A DNA stretch of 64,000 bases. Origin: Balanoglossus misakiensis (lineage: Eukaryota; Animalia; Hemichordata). The stretch spans positions 9,002,894 to 9,066,893 of the forward strand of contig CM082589.2 of the NCBI GenBank assembly GCA_040954595.2. The letters run 5' to 3'. Position numbers and translations under genes: made by a program. How positions within the stretch are numbered: the first letter of the stretch is position 1; the number at the start of each line of letters is the position of its first letter. The notes beneath the pieces were generated by a model, which made no database searches, had not been told where the DNA came from, and worked only from the letters and a program-made list of their open reading frames with translations. Positions 60,701-64,000 of the stretch are shown here, in pieces.

Positions 60701-63700
60701 TATCAAGGTTATATCTATGTTTGGTGTTGATATAGTGTTAAGTAGGTCAAAGGTCACCCAGAGGTCACCCACAATTTGGGCAGAAAATTTTGACCCATAG
60801 TGGTCCATGTCCAACAAAAACCATACCTCCAAACGTCAAGGCTGTATCTGTTGTGGATGTCGATATATGCAAAAGTAGGTCAAAGGTCACCCGAGGTCAC
60901 CCAACATTTGGGCAAAATATTTTGTCCCCATACTGGTCCATGTATAACAAAAACAAAACCTCTAGGTCTATTAGTTCATCATCAATTAGGTATGCGCATA
61001 TTTAATGAGGTCACCAGAGGTCATGAAAAGTAGCAAAATTTTTTTATCACATACAAATCCACATACATCAAAAACCAAACTTATAGCCCTATTGGTTAGC
61101 CTGGAATTAGATATGCAGAAAAATGATGCGTCAAAAGTAGGTCAAAGGTCATTGCCAAAATTACCAAAATATTTATAGCTTATTCTTGTCATATGATGAT
61201 TCATATCCATAAAAAGAATTTCTGTGCTATCAATTTTAAGGCTAGAAAAGGAATTTTTACTTTTTAATCGTTTTTCACAAAATCCAATATGGCCGCCATA
61301 ATCTTCGACCAATCACATTCCCCTTCGCAAACTTGATAGACATCTGTTTAATGACCACACACACCAAATCTTGTGACTCGGTTATCGCCCGTTCTTGAGA
61401 AGAAGATTTTTGAAATTTTACAATGGTTTTTAGAAAATCCAATATGGCCGCCATAATCTTCGACCAATCACAATGATCTTCGCAAACTTGATAGACATCA
61501 GTTAGGTGACCACATACCCCAAACCGCGTGACTCAGTTATCACCGGTTCTGGAGAAGAAGATTTTTGAAAATTAAGCCAGATTTCAGAAAAAAAATTGTA
61601 GCAAAAAAACTGCAACATTTACAGCAAAATATCCAATTACAAAAATGATGGGTAGAAGGTAGACTACCTGCACACCAAATTTGAAGTCGATCTGACTTGT
61701 AGTTTCTGAGATCTGAGATTTGCATTTTTTCAGAAAATCCAATATGGCCGCCAGGTCACGTGACTAATTAAAAATTCAAGGGTTCAATGCACGACTACTC
61801 ATTGACCTTGACCACTGTAGCAAGTTTCAGAAGTGTACCTGCAGCGGTGTCTGAGATCTAGAGCGACAAAGAATTGACAGAAGAATAAAGAAAGAAAGAA
61901 AGAAAGAAAGATTAAAGCTGCAAGCAGCATTGTCCGGGCCCAAGCTCTATTATCTGATCTGATATCAGATATGCACATAATTAATGAGTAGAAACATAAT
62001 GCTGTTTTATCCCATGAAATATCAAGGTTATATGTATGTTTGGTGCTGTTAAAGTGTTAAGTAGGTCAAAGGTCACCCAGAGGTCACCCAACATTTGGGC
62101 AGAAAATTTTGACCCATAGTGGTCCATGTCCAACAAAAACCAGACCTCTGGCCCTTTTGGTTAGCCTGGAATTAGGTATGCACATAAATAATGCGTAAAG
62201 CAGGTGTCACAGGTGACCCAAAACTTTGGCTTTTCATTATGGCCCCATACCTCCAAATGCCAAGGCTGTACCTGCATTGCATGCCGAGATATGCAAAAGT
62301 ACGTCAAAGGTCATCTGAGGTCATCCACAATTTGGGCAGAAAATTTTGACCCATAGTGGTCCATGTCCAACAAAAAACAGACCTCTAGCCCTTTTGGTTA
62401 GCCTAGAATTAGGTATGCACATAATTAATGAGTTAAGCAGGTGTCACAGGTGACCCAAAACTTTGGCTTTTCATTATGGCCCCATACCTCCAAACGCCAA
62501 GGCTGTATCTGCTGTGGATGTCAAGATATGCAAAAGTAGGTCAAAGGTCACCCGAGGTCATCCAAAATTTGTGCAGAAAATTTTGACCCATAGTGGTCCA
62601 TGTCCAACAAAAAACAGACCTCTAGCCCTTTTGGTTAGCCTAGAATTAGGTATGCACATAATTAATGAGTTAAGCAGGTGTCACAGGTGACCCAAAACTT
62701 TGGCTTTTCATTACCTCCAAATGCCAAGGCTGTATCTGCTGTGGATGTCAAGATATGCAAAAGTAGGTCAAAGGTCACCCGAGGTCACCCAACATTTGGG
62801 CAAAATATTTTGACCCCATACTGGTCCATGTATAACAAAAACAAAACTTCTAGGTCTATTGGTTCATCTGTAATTAGGTATGTGCATATTTAATGAGGTC
62901 ACCAGAGGTCAAAGGGGTCATGAAAAGTAGCAAAATTTTTGGATCACATACAAATCCACATACATCAAAAACCAAACTTATAGCCCTATTGGTTAGCCTG
63001 GAATTAGATATGCAGAAAAGTAGGTCAAAGGTCATTGCCAAAATTACCAAAATATTTATAGCTTATTCTTGACATATGATGATTCATATCCGTAAAAAGA
63101 ATTTCTGTGCTATCAATTTTTAGGCTAGAAAGGGAATTTTTACTTTTTAATCGTTTTTCACAAAATCCAATATGGCCGCCATAATCTTCGACCAATCACA
63201 TTCCTCTTCGCAAATTTGATAGACATCTGTTTAATGACCACACACACCAAATCTTGTGACTCATTTATCGCCGGTTCTTGAGAAGAAGATTTTTGAAATT
63301 TTACTATGGTTTTTCGAAAATCCAATATGGCCGCCATAATCTTCAACCAATCACAATGATCTTCGCAAACTTGATAGACATCAGTTAGGTGACCACATAC
63401 CCCAAACCGCGTGACTCGGTTATCACTGGTTCTGGAGAAGAAGATTTTTGAAATTTAAGCCAGATTTTAGAAAAAAAATTGTAGCAAAAAATTGCAACTT
63501 TGTCAGTATAATTTCCAATTACAAAAATGATTGCCAGAAGGTAGTCTACCAGCATGCCAAATTTGAAGTCGATCTGACTTGTAGTTTCTGAGATCTGAGA
63601 TTTGCATTTTTTCAGAAAATCCAAGATGGCCGCCAGGTCATGTGACTAATTAAAAATTCAAGGGTTCGATGCACGACTACTCATTGACCTTGACCACTGT

Positions 63701-64000
63701 AGCAAGTTTCAGAAGTGTACCTGCAGCGGTGTCTGAGATCTCGTGGGTCAAAGAATTGACACAAGAATAAAGAAAGAAAGAAAGAATTAAAGCTGCAAGC
63801 AGCATTGTCCGGGCCCAAGCTCTATTATCTGATCTGATTATTAGATATGCACATAATTAATGAGTAGAAACATAATGCTGTGTTTTATCCCATGAAATAT
63901 CAAGGTTATATCTATGTTTGGTGTTGATATAGTGTTAAGTAGGTCAAAGGTCATCTGAGGTCACCCAAAATTTGGGCAGAAAATTTTGACCCATAGTGGT
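57713..64000 (+). repeat. Tandem/nested array of 1.2-1.9 kb Helentron-associated (HINE-like) units
   Basis: ttaaagctgc(a/g)agcagc starts at 57713, 58927, 60590, 61912 and 63787; internal 155-bp subrepeats (59731, 59886, 60041); (AAGA)n/(AAT)n tails; terminal hairpin at 60531-60560. Confidence 0.85.

Overview
AT-rich, intron-containing eukaryotic DNA, probably from a marine invertebrate (inferred from repeat style only), dominated by transposable elements. Host-gene content: (i) the last three exons of a + strand gene for a single-pass membrane protein with a helical tail (181-2802); (ii) a + strand ankyrin-repeat gene in which each repeat is one phase-0 exon inside near-identical exon-intron units (42230-53839), with variation focused on binding-surface positions; (iii) decayed minus-strand mucin-stalk/TM and Cys-rich genes (about 34860-41600, partly duplicated at 52236-53050). 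Mobile elements: an intact-ORF Gypsy (Mag-like) LTR element without TSD, a dead Tc1-like element with 42-residue D-E spacing, two inverted copies of a 4.3-4.5 kb long-TIR element with 5-bp TSDs carrying a C2H2 zinc-finger relic (one copy splits an ankyrin exon), a long LINE joined exactly at an ankyrin splice acceptor, Tx1, DIRS, RTE, Rex and L2 fragments, many MITEs, and a nested Helentron-like array at the right end. The best candidate for a novel system is the modular ankyrin exon array. All alignments were done by eye and no database searches were run.
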